From: Escherichia coli
GTDB taxonomy: Bacteria; Pseudomonadota; Gammaproteobacteria; Enterobacterales; Enterobacteriaceae
Direction: 5' to 3' (one strand)
Assembly (NCBI RefSeq): GCF_048403405.1
Contig: NZ_CP183129.1
Length of the DNA: 64,000 nucleotides
Made by a program: the position numbers and the translations under genes. Each line of letters begins with the position of its first letter. Positions within the stretch are counted from its first letter, which is position 1. The notes beneath the pieces are model-generated. The model was given only the letters and a program-made list of their open reading frames with translations, was not told the origin of the DNA and did no database searches. Positions 39,020 to 50,332 of this stretch are shown here, piece after piece.

Positions 39020-40157
39020 GTCAGAGCCCCTCGATCTCAATCAGTTAGCGCAAAAAATTAAACAGTGGGGGCTGGAACTGGGCTTTCAGCAGGTAGGTAT
39101 TACCGATACCGATCTCAGCGCGTCCGAGCCCAAACTGCAAGCATGGCTGGACAAACAATACCACGGCGAAATGGACTGGATGGCGCGTCACGGTATGCTG
39201 CGTGCTCGTCCTCACGAATTATTGCCCGGTACGCTGCGCGTGATCAGCGTGCGGATGAATTACCTTCCTGCTAACGCCGCATTTGCCAGCACGCTGAAAA
39301 ATCCCAAACTCGGCTATGTTAGCCGTTATGCGCTGGGCCGTGACTATCACAAGCTTCTGCGCAACCGACTCAAAAAGCTGGGCGAGATGATTCAGCAACA
39401 TTGTGTTTCGCTGAATTTTAGACCGTTTGTCGATTCTGCGCCTATTCTCGAGCGCCCGTTAGCTGAAAAAGCAGGACTTGGCTGGACAGGTAAGCACTCA
39501 CTTATCCTCAATCGCGAAGCCGGTTCGTTCTTCTTTTTAGGCGAATTGCTGGTCGATATTCCGCTGCCCGTGGATCAACCAGTCGAGGAAAGATGCGGTA
39601 AATGCGTGGCCTGTATGACGATTTGCCCGACCGGTGCCATCGTCGAGCCATATACCGTAGATGCTCGCCGCTGCATTTCTTATCTGACGATAGAACTGGA
39701 AGGGGCGATCCCGGAAGAGTTACGCCCGTTAATGGGAAACCGTATTTACGGTTGCGATGACTGCCAGCTTATCTGCCCGTGGAATCGCTATTCACAACTC
39801 ACTACAGAAGACGATTTCAGCCCGCGTAAGCCGCTACACGCACCGGAACTCATTGAGTTATTCGCCTGGAGCGAAGAGAAGTTTTTAAAAGTCACGGAAG
39901 GATCGGCGATTCGCCGTATAGGTCACCTGCGCTGGCTGCGTAATATCGCCGTGGCATTAGGCAATGCCCCCTGGGATGAAACGATTCTGGCGGCGCTGGA
40001 GAGTCGCAAAGGTGAGCACCCACTTCTTGATGAGCACATAGCGTGGGCGATTGCGCAGCAAATAGAGAGACGAAATGCGTGCATAGTCGAAGTGCAATTG
40101 CCGAAAAAACAGCGTCTGGTTCGGGTGATTGAAAAAGGGTTACCGCGTGACGCCTGA
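39018..40157 (+). CDS. queG: Epoxyqueuosine reductase QueG
   Basis: Track ORF from 38910; ATG at 39018 gives MSEPLDLNQLAQKIKQ..., 379 aa; two 4Fe-4S Cys clusters (CGKCVACMTICP, CDDCQLICP). Confidence 0.9.
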
Positions 40158-40426
40158 TTCATCCACAGCTTGTGAATAAAAATAAAAACGCATTGCAATT
40201 CAAGACGAATAAAATCGTCAAGTGATCGACTCGACAAAACGAAATCTTAATTTTTAACTTATCTATCAATAGATTAAAAAAATACTATTCACCGTGCGAA
40301 GTTTCTTTGAAATTAAGATTACGGCCTGAGGCTGTGGATAACTCTGTTTACAAGAGTTTGTCAGAGACAACAAAAACCAGCAATAACGCATCGCGTCGCT
40401 GTGGATATTTTATTGAGAGAAGAATT

Positions 40427-40502
<76 letters not shown>

Positions 40503-40537
40503 TTGGGTGGTCTGTGCTTTACAGCACTTTCAAATTT

Positions 40538-40613
<76 letters not shown>

Positions 40614-40770
40614 TTAATCTTCGTCTTTCGAACCGCTACTGCCTTGGCTGCCTTCACTCACCTTAGTCACTTACTTTTGTAAGCTCCCAAGGATTCGTTC
40701 AGTTGCCGCCTTGTCGCAATTCGAAATACTGCGATTGGGTGGTCTGTGCTTTGCAGCACTTTTCAAATTT

Positions 40771-40846
<76 letters not shown>

Positions 40847-40903
40847 GTACTACTTAATTTTGCTTTCGTAATTTTCGCATTTCTGCGTCGTTACGGGAGG
40901 CGC

Positions 40904-40931
40904 ATTATACGAGAAATCTTTCCCTCTGCAA
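40904..40931 (-). promoter_or_regulatory. Stringent-type sigma70 promoter of the tRNA-Gly operon (-35 TTGCAG, 16-nt spacer, -10 TATAAT, GC-rich discriminator)
   Basis: Minus strand reads TTGCAG-16 nt-TATAAT-GCGCCTCCC about 50 nt upstream of the glyV 5-prime end, with an A/T-rich UP-like tract further upstream. Confidence 0.5.
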
Positions 40932-41056
40932 CCCCCCTAAAAAATTTTTTTTGAGTTTTTATCTCAAGTGCTGAAATTATCAGCAAGACGTTCAATTTAG
41001 CGTCAAAATCACGCCGCCGCAAGTGGATTCCGGCGCTTACGTGACCAGGAAAAATT

Positions 41057-41602
41057 TTACAGCTTGATAAAATGCTCGCGGTAGTAAGCCAGCTCCGCCA
41101 CCGACTCACGGATATCATCCATCGCCTGATGCGTCCCCTGCTTGGTAAAACCATCAAGAATTGCCGGCTTCCAGCGGCGCGCCAGCTCTTTCAGTGTGCT
41201 GACATCGAGATAACGGTAGTGAAAGTAGGCTTCCAGCTCCGGCATGTATTTAAACAGGAAGCGACGATCCTGGCCGATGCTGTTACCGCAAATCGGCGAT
41301 TTTCCCGCAGGCACCCACTGTTTTAAGAATTCGAGCGTTGCCAGTTCAGCTTCACGATCGCCCATTGTGCTCGCTTTCACGCGCTCCACCAGCCCGCTGG
41401 CGGTATGGGTGCGCACGTTCCAGTCATCCATCAGCGCCAGCTGTTCATCAGACTGGTGTACTGCAATGGTCGGCCCTTCTGCCAGAATATTCAGGTTGGC
41501 ATCGGTCACCAGCGTGGCAATCTCAATAATGCGATCGCGCTCGGGATCCAGACCGGTCATCTCAAGATCGATCCAAATCAGGTTGTTTTCATTGGCACTC
41601 AT
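41057..41602 (-). CDS. orn: Oligoribonuclease
   Basis: Track ORF to 41746; ATG at 41602 gives [21 protein letters not shown]..., 181 aa, DEDDh exonuclease. Confidence 0.9.
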   Translation of the reverse strand: MSANENNLIWIDLEMTGLDPERDRIIEIATLVTDANLNILAEGPTIAVHQSDEQLALMDDWNVRTHTASGLVERVKASTMGDREAELATLEFLKQWVPAGKSPICGNSIGQDRRFLFKYMPELEAYFHYRYLDVSTLKELARRWKPAILDGFTKQGTHQAMDDIRESVAELAYYREHFIKL

Positions 41603-41696
41603 GCTATTTTCCACCCATTCACAGTGACTATATTGATCCACAATTGCGTGTATCATAGATGTTTTGCCCATCAGGGGCGACCAGGAGTCTGTACGA

Positions 41697-42749
41697 TTGA
41701 GTAAAAATAAACTCTCCAAAGGCCAGCAGCGCCGCGTGAACGCCAATCACCAGCGTCGTCTTAAAACGTCTAAGGAGAAGCCCGACTACGACGACAATCT
41801 GTTTGGCGAGCCTGATGAAGGTATCGTCATCAGCCGCTTTGGTATGCACGCTGATGTGGAATCCGCCGATGGCGACGTTCACCGCTGCAATATTCGCCGT
41901 ACCATCCGTTCGCTGGTGACCGGCGACCGCGTAGTCTGGCGTCCGGGTAAACCGGCGGCGGAAGGCGTAAATGTCAAAGGGATCGTGGAAGCGGTGCATG
42001 AGCGCACCTCGGTGTTGACGCGCCCGGACTTCTACGACGGCGTGAAACCTATTGCCGCCAACATCGACCAGATTGTTATTGTCTCCGCCATTTTGCCGGA
42101 GCTGTCGCTCAATATTATCGACCGTTACCTGGTGGCCTGCGAAACCTTGCTGATTGAGCCGATTATTGTGCTCAACAAGATAGACCTGCTGGACGACGAA
42201 GGCATGGAGTTCGTCAACGAACAGATGGATATCTACCGCAACATTGGTTATCGCGTATTGATGGTTTCCAGTCATACTCAGGATGGGCTGAAACCGCTGG
42301 AAGAGGCGTTGACCGGACGCATCAGCATTTTTGCCGGGCAGTCTGGCGTTGGCAAATCCAGCCTGCTTAACACGTTGCTGGGGCTGCAAAAAGAGATCCT
42401 GACCAACGATGTTTCTGACAACTCGGGTCTCGGTCAGCACACCACGACCGCCGCTCGGCTGTATCACTTCCCGCACGGCGGTGATGTGATTGACTCCCCA
42501 GGTGTGCGTGAGTTCGGCCTCTGGCACCTGGAGCCGGAACAAATCACTCAGGGCTTTGTCGAATTCCATGACTATTTAGGTCTGTGTAAATATCGCGATT
42601 GCAAACACGATACCGATCCGGGCTGCGCTATCCGGGAAGCGGTTGAGGAAGGGAAAATCGCGGAAACCCGTTTCGAAAACTATCACCGTATTCTGGAAAG
42701 CATGGCGCAGGTAAAAACGCGTAAAAACTTTTCTGATACGGATGACTGA
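41697..42749 (+). CDS. rsgA: Small-ribosomal-subunit biogenesis GTPase RsgA
   Basis: Track ORF from 41664; TTG at 41697 gives (M)[12 protein letters not shown]..., 350 aa; circularly permuted GTPase with a C-terminal Zn-binding Cys cluster. Confidence 0.85.
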   Translation: MSKNKLSKGQQRRVNANHQRRLKTSKEKPDYDDNLFGEPDEGIVISRFGMHADVESADGDVHRCNIRRTIRSLVTGDRVVWRPGKPAAEGVNVKGIVEAVHERTSVLTRPDFYDGVKPIAANIDQIVIVSAILPELSLNIIDRYLVACETLLIEPIIVLNKIDLLDDEGMEFVNEQMDIYRNIGYRVLMVSSHTQDGLKPLEEALTGRISIFAGQSGVGKSSLLNTLLGLQKEILTNDVSDNSGLGQHTTTAARLYHFPHGGDVIDSPGVREFGLWHLEPEQITQGFVEFHDYLGLCKYRDCKHDTDPGCAIREAVEEGKIAETRFENYHRILESMAQVKTRKNFSDTDD

Positions 42750-42791
42750 CAATTAAGCTAACCGTCGTTAGAATCGTCCCCTTTTTTTCAG

Positions 42792-42813
42792 GATCCGGCA
42801 TGTAGGCCGGATC
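42792..42813. repeat. REP-like palindrome between rsgA and psd (GATCCGGC-ATGTAG-GCCGGATC)
   Basis: 8-bp inverted repeat containing the GTAGGCCGGAT REP core; no T-tract follows on the plus strand. Confidence 0.4.
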
Positions 42814-42845
42814 AGGAACGACAAAACAATGGCCTGGAGGCTACC

Positions 42846-43814
42846 TTGTTAAATTCATTTAAACTTTCGCTACAGTACATTCTGCCGAAACTATGGCTTA
42901 CTCGCCTGGCGGGTTGGGGCGCAAGCAAGCGGGCAGGATGGTTGACAAAACTGGTTATCGATCTGTTCGTTAAATACTACAAGGTCGACATGAAAGAGGC
43001 GCAAAAGCCGGACACCGCCAGCTACCGCACCTTTAACGAATTCTTTGTCCGTCCGCTGCGTGACGAAGTACGCCCAATCGATACCGATCCGAATGTCCTG
43101 GTTATGCCTGCCGATGGCGTTATCAGCCAGTTGGGTAAAATCGAAGAAGATAAAATCCTGCAAGCCAAAGGCCACAACTACAGCCTCGAAGCCCTGCTGG
43201 CAGGCAACTATCTGATGGCGGACCTGTTCCGCAACGGTACGTTTGTGACCACTTACCTCTCCCCGCGTGACTACCACCGCGTACACATGCCGTGCAACGG
43301 TATTCTGCGTGAGATGATCTACGTGCCAGGCGATCTCTTCTCCGTTAACCATCTCACCGCTCAGAACGTGCCGAATCTGTTTGCCCGTAACGAACGCGTG
43401 ATCTGCCTGTTCGATACCGAATTTGGCCCAATGGCGCAGATTCTGGTCGGGGCGACGATTGTTGGCAGCATTGAGACGGTCTGGGCGGGCACCATTACGC
43501 CGCCGCGCGAAGGTATCATCAAGCGCTGGACCTGGCCTGCCGGGGAAAACGACGGTTCTGTGGCACTGCTGAAAGGCCAGGAAATGGGTCGCTTTAAACT
43601 CGGTTCCACCGTTATCAACCTGTTTGCACCGGGTAAAGTGAATCTGGTTGAGCAACTGGAAAGCCTGTCTGTCACGAAAATTGGCCAGCCGCTGGCAGTA
43701 TCTACCGAAACCTTTGTTACGCCAGACGCTGAACCCGCCCCGCTTCCTGCTGAAGAGATCGAAGCAGAACACGACGCCAGCCCATTGGTTGACGACAAAA
43801 AAGACCAGGTCTAA
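42846..43814 (+). CDS. psd: Phosphatidylserine decarboxylase proenzyme
   Basis: ORF 42846..43814, 322 aa; LGST self-cleavage motif. Confidence 0.95.
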
Positions 43815-43835
43815 TCCATCAAAGGAAACGCTGAC

Positions 43836-46800
43836 GTGCGCCTGATTATCACTTTTCTGATGGCCTGGTGCCTCAGTTGGGGGGCGAACGCCGCGACGGC
43901 CCCCGATAGCAAACAAATCTCACAAGAACTGGAGCAGGCAAAAGCGGCGAAACCCGCGCAACCGGAAGTCGTAGAGGCGCTCCAGTCTGCCTTAAATGCG
44001 CTTGAGGAACGGAAAGGTTCCCTTGAGCGCATCAAGCAATATCAAGAAGTCATTGATAATTATCCGAAACTCTCCGCTACTCTGCGCGCGCAATTAAACA
44101 ACATGCGTGACGAGCCGCGCAGCGTGTCACCGGGGATGTCTACCGACGCGCTGAATCAGGAAATTCTCCAGGTCAGCAGCCAGTTGCTGGATAAAAGCCG
44201 TCAGGCCCAGCAAGAGCAGGAACGCGCCCGCGAGATTGCCGATTCGCTGAATCAACTGCCGCAACAGCAAACCGATGCCCGCCGTCAGTTAAATGAAATC
44301 GAGCGCCGCCTGGGGACGCTTACCGGCAATTCCCCGCTCAATCAGGCACAAAATTTCGCGTTGCAGTCTGACTCCGCACGTCTGAAAGCGCTCGTCGATG
44401 AACTGGAACTGGCGCAGCTGTCCGCCAATAACCGCCAGGAATTAGCGCGCTTGCGCTCAGAGCTGGCGGAAAAAGAGAGCCAGCAACTGGATGCGTATTT
44501 GCAGGCCTTACGTAATCAGTTGAATAGCCAACGTCAGCTTGAGGCGGAGCGGGCGCTGGAAAGTACCGAATTACTGGCAGAAAACAGTGCCGATTTGCCG
44601 AAAGATATCGTCGCGCAATTCAAAATTAACCGCGAACTATCGGCAGCGCTGAATCAACAGGCGCAGCGGATGGATCTCGTTGCCTCGCAACAGCGTCAGG
44701 CTGCCAGCCAGACGTTACAGGTCCGGCAGGCGTTGAATACGCTGCGTGAACAGTCGCAATGGCTGGGATCGTCCAATCTGCTCGGCGAAGCGTTGCGGGC
44801 GCAGGTGGCACGGCTGCCGGAAATGCCAAAACCACAACAGCTTGATACCGAAATGGCGCAGTTGCGTGTGCAACGGTTACGCTATGAGGATCTGCTTAAT
44901 AAACAGCCGCAGCTAAGGCAAATTCATCAGGCCGACGGTCAGCCGCTGACCGCCGAGCAAAACCGTATTCTGGAAGCACAGCTACGCACTCAGCGTGAGT
45001 TGCTGAACTCATTGTTGCAGGGTGGAGACACGCTACTACTGGAACTGACCAAGCTGAAAGTCTCCAACGGACAACTGGAGGATGCGCTGAAAGAGGTGAA
45101 TGAAGCGACGCACCGCTATCTGTTCTGGACCTCTGACGTGCGCCCGATGACCATCGCCTGGCCGCTGGAAATCGCCCAGGATCTGCGTCGTCTCATTTCG
45201 CTGGACACCTTCAGTCAGTTGGGCAAAGCCAGTGTGATGATGCTGACCAGTAAAGAGACAATTTTACCGCTGTTTGGCGCGTTGATTCTGGTCGGTTGCA
45301 GTATTTACTCACGCCGCTATTTCACCCGTTTTCTTGAACGTTCGGCGGCGAAAGTCGGCAAAGTGACTCAGGATCACTTCTGGCTGACGTTACGCACTCT
45401 TTTCTGGTCGATTCTCGTCGCGTCACCGCTACCGGTGCTGTGGATGACGCTGGGTTACGGCTTGCGCGAGGCGTGGCCTTATCCGCTGGCGGTAGCGATT
45501 GGTGATGGCGTAACAGCCACCGTACCGCTGCTATGGGTAGTGATGATTTGCGCTACCTTTGCCCGCCCGAACGGCTTATTTATCGCTCATTTTGGCTGGC
45601 CGCGCGAACGGGTTTCCCGTGGGATGCGCTACTACCTGATGAGCATTGGGCTTATCGTGCCGCTGATTATGGCGCTGATGATGTTCGATAATCTCGACGA
45701 CCGCGAGTTTTCCGGTTCGCTGGGACGGCTTTGCTTTATCCTCATTTGCGGTGCGCTGGCGGTGGTCACTCTCAGTCTGAAAAAGGCCGGGATCCCGCTG
45801 TATCTCAACAAAGAAGGCAGCGGTGACAACATTACCAACCATATGCTGTGGAACATGATGATTGGCGCACCGCTGGTTGCCATTCTGGCGTCGGCGGTGG
45901 GTTATCTGGCAACGGCGCAGGCACTGTTAGCGAGGCTTGAAACCTCGGTTGCCATCTGGTTCCTGCTACTAGTGGTTTATCACGTTATCCGCCGCTGGAT
46001 GCTGATCCAGCGCCGCAGGCTGGCGTTTGACCGGGCGAAGCATCGCCGGGCAGAGATGTTAGCGCAACGTGCGCGTGGCGAAGAGGAAGCTCATCATCAC
46101 AGTAGCCCGGAAGGGGCAATTGAAGTCGATGAAAGCGAAGTCGATCTCGATGCCATCAGTGCGCAATCCTTGCGGCTGGTGCGCTCAATTTTGATGTTGA
46201 TCGCCCTGCTTTCGGTCATTGTGCTGTGGTCAGAAATCCATTCCGCTTTCGGCTTCCTCGAAAATATTTCGCTGTGGGATGTCACCTCCACGGTACAGGG
46301 CGTAGAAAGTCTGGAGCCGATTACCCTCGGTGCGGTGCTGATTGCCATTCTGGTGTTTATCATCACCACGCAGCTGGTGCGCAACCTGCCCGCGCTGCTG
46401 GAACTGGCGATTTTGCAGCACCTGGATTTAACGCCGGGTACGGGCTACGCCATCACCACCATCACCAAATATCTGCTGATGCTGATTGGCGGGCTGGTCG
46501 GCTTCTCAATGATTGGTATTGAGTGGTCGAAATTGCAGTGGCTGGTTGCCGCGCTCGGTGTTGGTCTCGGTTTTGGTTTGCAGGAAATTTTCGCCAACTT
46601 TATCTCTGGCCTGATCATCCTGTTCGAAAAACCGATTCGCATTGGCGATACGGTAACGATCCGCGATCTTACTGGTAGCGTGACGAAAATTAACACCCGT
46701 GCCACCACCATCAGCGACTGGGACCGTAAAGAGATAATCGTGCCGAACAAGGCATTTATTACCGAGCAGTTTATCAACTGGTCGCTCTCTGACTCGGTCA

Positions 46801-47159
46801 CGCGCGTGGTGTTGACGATTCCGGCCCCTGCCGATGCCAACAGTGAAGAAGTGACGGAAATCCTGCTCACCGCAGCGCGTCGCTGCTCGCTGGTGATCGA
46901 CAACCCGGCACCGGAAGTCTTCCTGGTGGATCTGCAACAGGGGATTCAGATTTTCGAGCTGCGTATTTACGCCGCTGAGATGGGTCACCGTATGCCGCTA
47001 CGCCATGAGATCCACCAGCTAATTCTGGCAGGCTTCCACGCCCACGGTATCGATATGCCATTCCCGCCCTTCCAGATGCGTCTGGAAAGCCTCAACGGTA
47101 AACAAACGGGGAGAACGCTGACGTCTGCGGGCAAAGGTCGTCAGGCGGGAAGTTTGTAA
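43836..47159 (+). CDS. mscM: Miniconductance mechanosensitive channel MscM (YjeP)
   Basis: ORF 43836..47159 (GTG start), 1107 aa; signal peptide, long coiled-coil periplasmic region, multi-TM region and C-terminal MscS-like domain. Confidence 0.9.
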   Translation: MRLIITFLMAWCLSWGANAATAPDSKQISQELEQAKAAKPAQPEVVEALQSALNALEERKGSLERIKQYQEVIDNYPKLSATLRAQLNNMRDEPRSVSPGMSTDALNQEILQVSSQLLDKSRQAQQEQERAREIADSLNQLPQQQTDARRQLNEIERRLGTLTGNSPLNQAQNFALQSDSARLKALVDELELAQLSANNRQELARLRSELAEKESQQLDAYLQALRNQLNSQRQLEAERALESTELLAENSADLPKDIVAQFKINRELSAALNQQAQRMDLVASQQRQAASQTLQVRQALNTLREQSQWLGSSNLLGEALRAQVARLPEMPKPQQLDTEMAQLRVQRLRYEDLLNKQPQLRQIHQADGQPLTAEQNRILEAQLRTQRELLNSLLQGGDTLLLELTKLKVSNGQLEDALKEVNEATHRYLFWTSDVRPMTIAWPLEIAQDLRRLISLDTFSQLGKASVMMLTSKETILPLFGALILVGCSIYSRRYFTRFLERSAAKVGKVTQDHFWLTLRTLFWSILVASPLPVLWMTLGYGLREAWPYPLAVAIGDGVTATVPLLWVVMICATFARPNGLFIAHFGWPRERVSRGMRYYLMSIGLIVPLIMALMMFDNLDDREFSGSLGRLCFILICGALAVVTLSLKKAGIPLYLNKEGSGDNITNHMLWNMMIGAPLVAILASAVGYLATAQALLARLETSVAIWFLLLVVYHVIRRWMLIQRRRLAFDRAKHRRAEMLAQRARGEEEAHHHSSPEGAIEVDESEVDLDAISAQSLRLVRSILMLIALLSVIVLWSEIHSAFGFLENISLWDVTSTVQGVESLEPITLGAVLIAILVFIITTQLVRNLPALLELAILQHLDLTPGTGYAITTITKYLLMLIGGLVGFSMIGIEWSKLQWLVAALGVGLGFGLQEIFANFISGLIILFEKPIRIGDTVTIRDLTGSVTKINTRATTISDWDRKEIIVPNKAFITEQFINWSLSDSVTRVVLTIPAPADANSEEVTEILLTAARRCSLVIDNPAPEVFLVDLQQGIQIFELRIYAAEMGHRMPLRHEIHQLILAGFHAHGIDMPFPPFQMRLESLNGKQTGRTLTSAGKGRQAGSL

Positions 47160-47265
47160 TGCATGAAGCTGCCAAATGATGTCAACGTGGCTCATTTAGC
47201 AGCTTAACATCATCTTCAGTTATCACCGGCCCTGGAGAGTATCATCCATACGCATTACTTCCTGA

Positions 47266-47294
47266 CAACTCATCGTCGGAGAGACGATGAGTTG
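47266..47294. other. 12-bp perfect hairpin in the mscM / yjeM convergent junction (CAACTCATCGTC-GGAGA-GACGATGAGTTG)
   Basis: Perfect inverted repeat read directly; no flanking T or A run, so not a canonical intrinsic terminator. Confidence 0.5.
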
Positions 47295-47309
47295 CAGGAT
47301 TTCATAGGA

Positions 47310-48812
47310 TCAGTCGAGAGCTAACTCAGGTTTATTCGCCATGCGACTGCAATAGTTCTGGTAAATCGCCATCGCTAACAGCGAGAAGAAGACAGGGCCG
47401 CCAATCATCCACAATGTGCTGTCCCAGTCTCCGGCTTCAACCACAGGCTGAATAATGGTGAAGACGTTCGCAAATGTCACCACCAGAACGACAACCACCG
47501 TCGCAATCATTGCCGACATACGCGTTTTGAAAATCACAAACGGTCTGTCGAGATCCTGACGTGCTTTAAAGAATGGGAAAGCCAGCGCGAGGAACAGGTA
47601 AGGAAGCGTCATAGACACGTTCGCCATCAGCGTCAGCTTGTTAAAGAACGCCGATGCGGTACCGCCACCAAACGAAACCAGCAGGATGAAGACAGTAACC
47701 AACCCGCACTGCATCCACATGGCGATAGACGGCATCCCCATCGCATTCAGGCGCGTCATCGGTTCCGGCCACAACGCTTTCGGCGTCCCCTGGATGATGG
47801 CTTTCAGCGGTGAATAGCAAAGCGTAAAGAACGCACCGGTATAAGCGAGGAACATCGAAAGTCCGGTAATACGCGCAAACCATACGCCCAGCGACAATGA
47901 CGCTTCTGGTGACAAATGCAGTGCGTTACCCAGCGTCACCCCGAGGCTCTTCATCAGCACATAGGTAATATTGCCGAGGTTAACGGAACCATTACTTAAT
48001 ACCTGCTGCCAGTTTGTGCTGACGCCCCATAAAAATATTGCCAGCGAATAACCGATTGAAATAACAATAGCGGCAAAAACAATACCTTTGGCAAAGTTCT
48101 TTTCTGGATTTTCCGTTTTATCGACCAGACCACCAACCGCTTCAATTCCGCCATAGGCAAAAATAGCAAATACCACAAACGATAGCATTGCCAGACCGGA
48201 CTGATAACCTGGGTTCGGTGATGCAAGGAAATTAATATCCTGCGCGAAATGCCCACCATTTAATAACAAAATAGTAATGCTTACTAACAGCAATACTAAA
48301 TTCAGACACATTACTGCAATACCGCCCACCGCAGTAATGCGGGCAATTTTATTAATCCCCTTTGAAGCAACGACGGTGACCAGAATCATCCATGCCACTG
48401 CCAGCAGACCAACCACCTGCGTAGGCTCCAGTCCGGTAATACGCCAGTGCTGGGTCATGTCGCTACCATAGAGGAATGTTGAGAACGGTACCCAAACTTT
48501 CGCGGAGGTACTCACCATCCAGATGATATAAGAGGAAAACCACATAAATGTACCAATGAAGGCAAAACGTGGTCCGACACTATTATTCATCCAGGAATAG
48601 ATACCACCTTCTTCTTTGCGATAAGCAGCTCCCATTTCAGCCATCATTAAGGCGAATGGAATAAAGAATAACAATGCAGAAAATATATAAAAGGGAATCG
48701 CACTATAACCCATTAAGTAATAAGCCGATGGGCTATTGGCAAATCCAAATACGGAAGTAAAGATCATCAATATGAGTCCTATCAGACTCATCTTTTTTAT
48801 CGTGTGAGGCAT
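47310..48812 (-). CDS. yjeM: APC-superfamily amino-acid transporter YjeM
   Basis: Track ORF to 48854; ATG at 48812 gives MPHTIKKMSLIGLILM..., 500 aa polytopic. Confidence 0.85.
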   Translation of the reverse strand: MPHTIKKMSLIGLILMIFTSVFGFANSPSAYYLMGYSAIPFYIFSALLFFIPFALMMAEMGAAYRKEEGGIYSWMNNSVGPRFAFIGTFMWFSSYIIWMVSTSAKVWVPFSTFLYGSDMTQHWRITGLEPTQVVGLLAVAWMILVTVVASKGINKIARITAVGGIAVMCLNLVLLLVSITILLLNGGHFAQDINFLASPNPGYQSGLAMLSFVVFAIFAYGGIEAVGGLVDKTENPEKNFAKGIVFAAIVISIGYSLAIFLWGVSTNWQQVLSNGSVNLGNITYVLMKSLGVTLGNALHLSPEASLSLGVWFARITGLSMFLAYTGAFFTLCYSPLKAIIQGTPKALWPEPMTRLNAMGMPSIAMWMQCGLVTVFILLVSFGGGTASAFFNKLTLMANVSMTLPYLFLALAFPFFKARQDLDRPFVIFKTRMSAMIATVVVVLVVTFANVFTIIQPVVEAGDWDSTLWMIGGPVFFSLLAMAIYQNYCSRMANKPELALD

Positions 48813-49030
48813 GAAACCATCCTTCATTTCAGCGCGTGTATAAAACGCGCCCACTGAACTGCACTGCCCAACATTGAGCGGGCAGCGTAAAAACCAATAC
48901 AGAATTGATACCTGGATGATATCAAATATCCAGTCTTAAATTGTGGCCTTTAGCGGAAAAATGAAAACATATGCTACAGAATGGCGCTTATCACGCCATT
49001 CTTCGCGGTTAATTCAGTAATTTTTCAGAA

Positions 49031-50008
49031 TTATGCCCGGTCAACGCTAAAGGCGATGACTTCAGCCAGTGTCTCCGCGCCCAGCGCCAACATCACCAGA
49101 CGATCAACGCCTAATGCCACGCCGGAACAGTCAGGCATACCGACTTTCAAGGCTTCAATCAGATTCTGGTCAATGGGGTGCTGCGGCAAACCGCGCGCCG
49201 CGCGCTTACGGTTATCTTGTTCAAAGCGTTGTTGCTGCTCACGGGCATCCGTCAATTCATGGAAACCATTCGCCAGCTCAATACCTTTATAATAAACCTC
49301 AAAGCGTTCAGCGACCCGATGATCTTCGGTACTGATTTGCGCCAGTGATGCCTGGCTGGCTGGAAAGTGGTACACAAAGGTCGGTTTTTCTTTACCAATA
49401 TTTGGCTCTACGCCAAAGGTAAACAGCAATTGTAGCAACGTGTCACGGTCTTCTTCGGTATCTGCAACGTTGCTCAAATCCAGTTTCGCTGCCACTTCCC
49501 GCAGTTGCGTTTTGTCGGCAGAGAGCGGGTCAATTTCCAGATAACGCAAGAAAGCTTGTTGATAAGAAAGGCTTTCTGCTGCCGGGCAGTCCAGCACTTG
49601 TTGTAAGAGATCGTCCACCTCGTTCATCAACCGGTACATATCATAGTGCGGTCGATACCACTCAAGCATAGTGAACTCAGGGTTGTGATAACGCCCCATC
49701 TCTTCATTACGGAAGCTGCGGCACAGCTGGAATACCGGCCCACAACCGGCAACCAGCAGGCGCTTCATATGGTATTCCGGGCTGGTCATTAACCAGAGAT
49801 TCATCCCCTGCGAATGCCCGGGGCCAACGAAACGTGTCTCAAACGGGACCAAATGAATATCGGTTACCGTCGCCTGGCTCATACAAGGCGTCTCCACCTC
49901 CAGCACTCCACGATCGGCAAAGAAACGACGGATCTCCGCCATAATCGCCGCGCGTTTTAATAAGTTAGGAATGGATGCGCTCGGCTGCCAGGATGCCGTT
50001 TCGCTCAT
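49031..50008 (-). CDS. epmA: EF-P lysine-34 (R)-beta-lysine ligase EpmA
   Basis: Track ORF to 50053; ATG at 50008 gives [20 protein letters not shown]..., 325 aa, class II aaRS-like catalytic core. Confidence 0.9.
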   Translation of the reverse strand: MSETASWQPSASIPNLLKRAAIMAEIRRFFADRGVLEVETPCMSQATVTDIHLVPFETRFVGPGHSQGMNLWLMTSPEYHMKRLLVAGCGPVFQLCRSFRNEEMGRYHNPEFTMLEWYRPHYDMYRLMNEVDDLLQQVLDCPAAESLSYQQAFLRYLEIDPLSADKTQLREVAAKLDLSNVADTEEDRDTLLQLLFTFGVEPNIGKEKPTFVYHFPASQASLAQISTEDHRVAERFEVYYKGIELANGFHELTDAREQQQRFEQDNRKRAARGLPQHPIDQNLIEALKVGMPDCSGVALGVDRLVMLALGAETLAEVIAFSVDRA

Positions 50009-50185
50009 AGTTAAATCTCCAGTTTTTGACAAGGGCACGAAGTCTACTCGCAACGCGACGGCGAGACAAATTTTACGCAGGAATCAAACAAGGGTGGGCA
50101 GTGACTAAAAAAAGCACGATCTGATGGTTTAGTAATTAAATTAATCATCTTCAGTGATAATTTAGCCCTCTTGCGCACTAAAAAA

Positions 50186-50227
50186 ATCGATCTCGTCAAA
50201 TTTCAGACTTATCCATCAGACTATACT
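50186..50227 (+). promoter_or_regulatory. frdA promoter: FNR-type site (ATCGATCTCGTCAAA, 50186..50200) and -10 TATACT (50222..50227)
   Basis: TTGAT-N4-ATCAA-like dyad centred about 41 bp upstream of the inferred start point, with a -10 hexamer at the right distance. Confidence 0.5.
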
Positions 50228-50332
50228 GTTGTACCTATAAAGGAGCAGTGGAATAGCGTTCGCAGACCGTAACTTTCAGGCACTTACCCTGAAGTACGGG
50301 GCTGTGGGATAAAAACAATCTGGAGGAATGTC

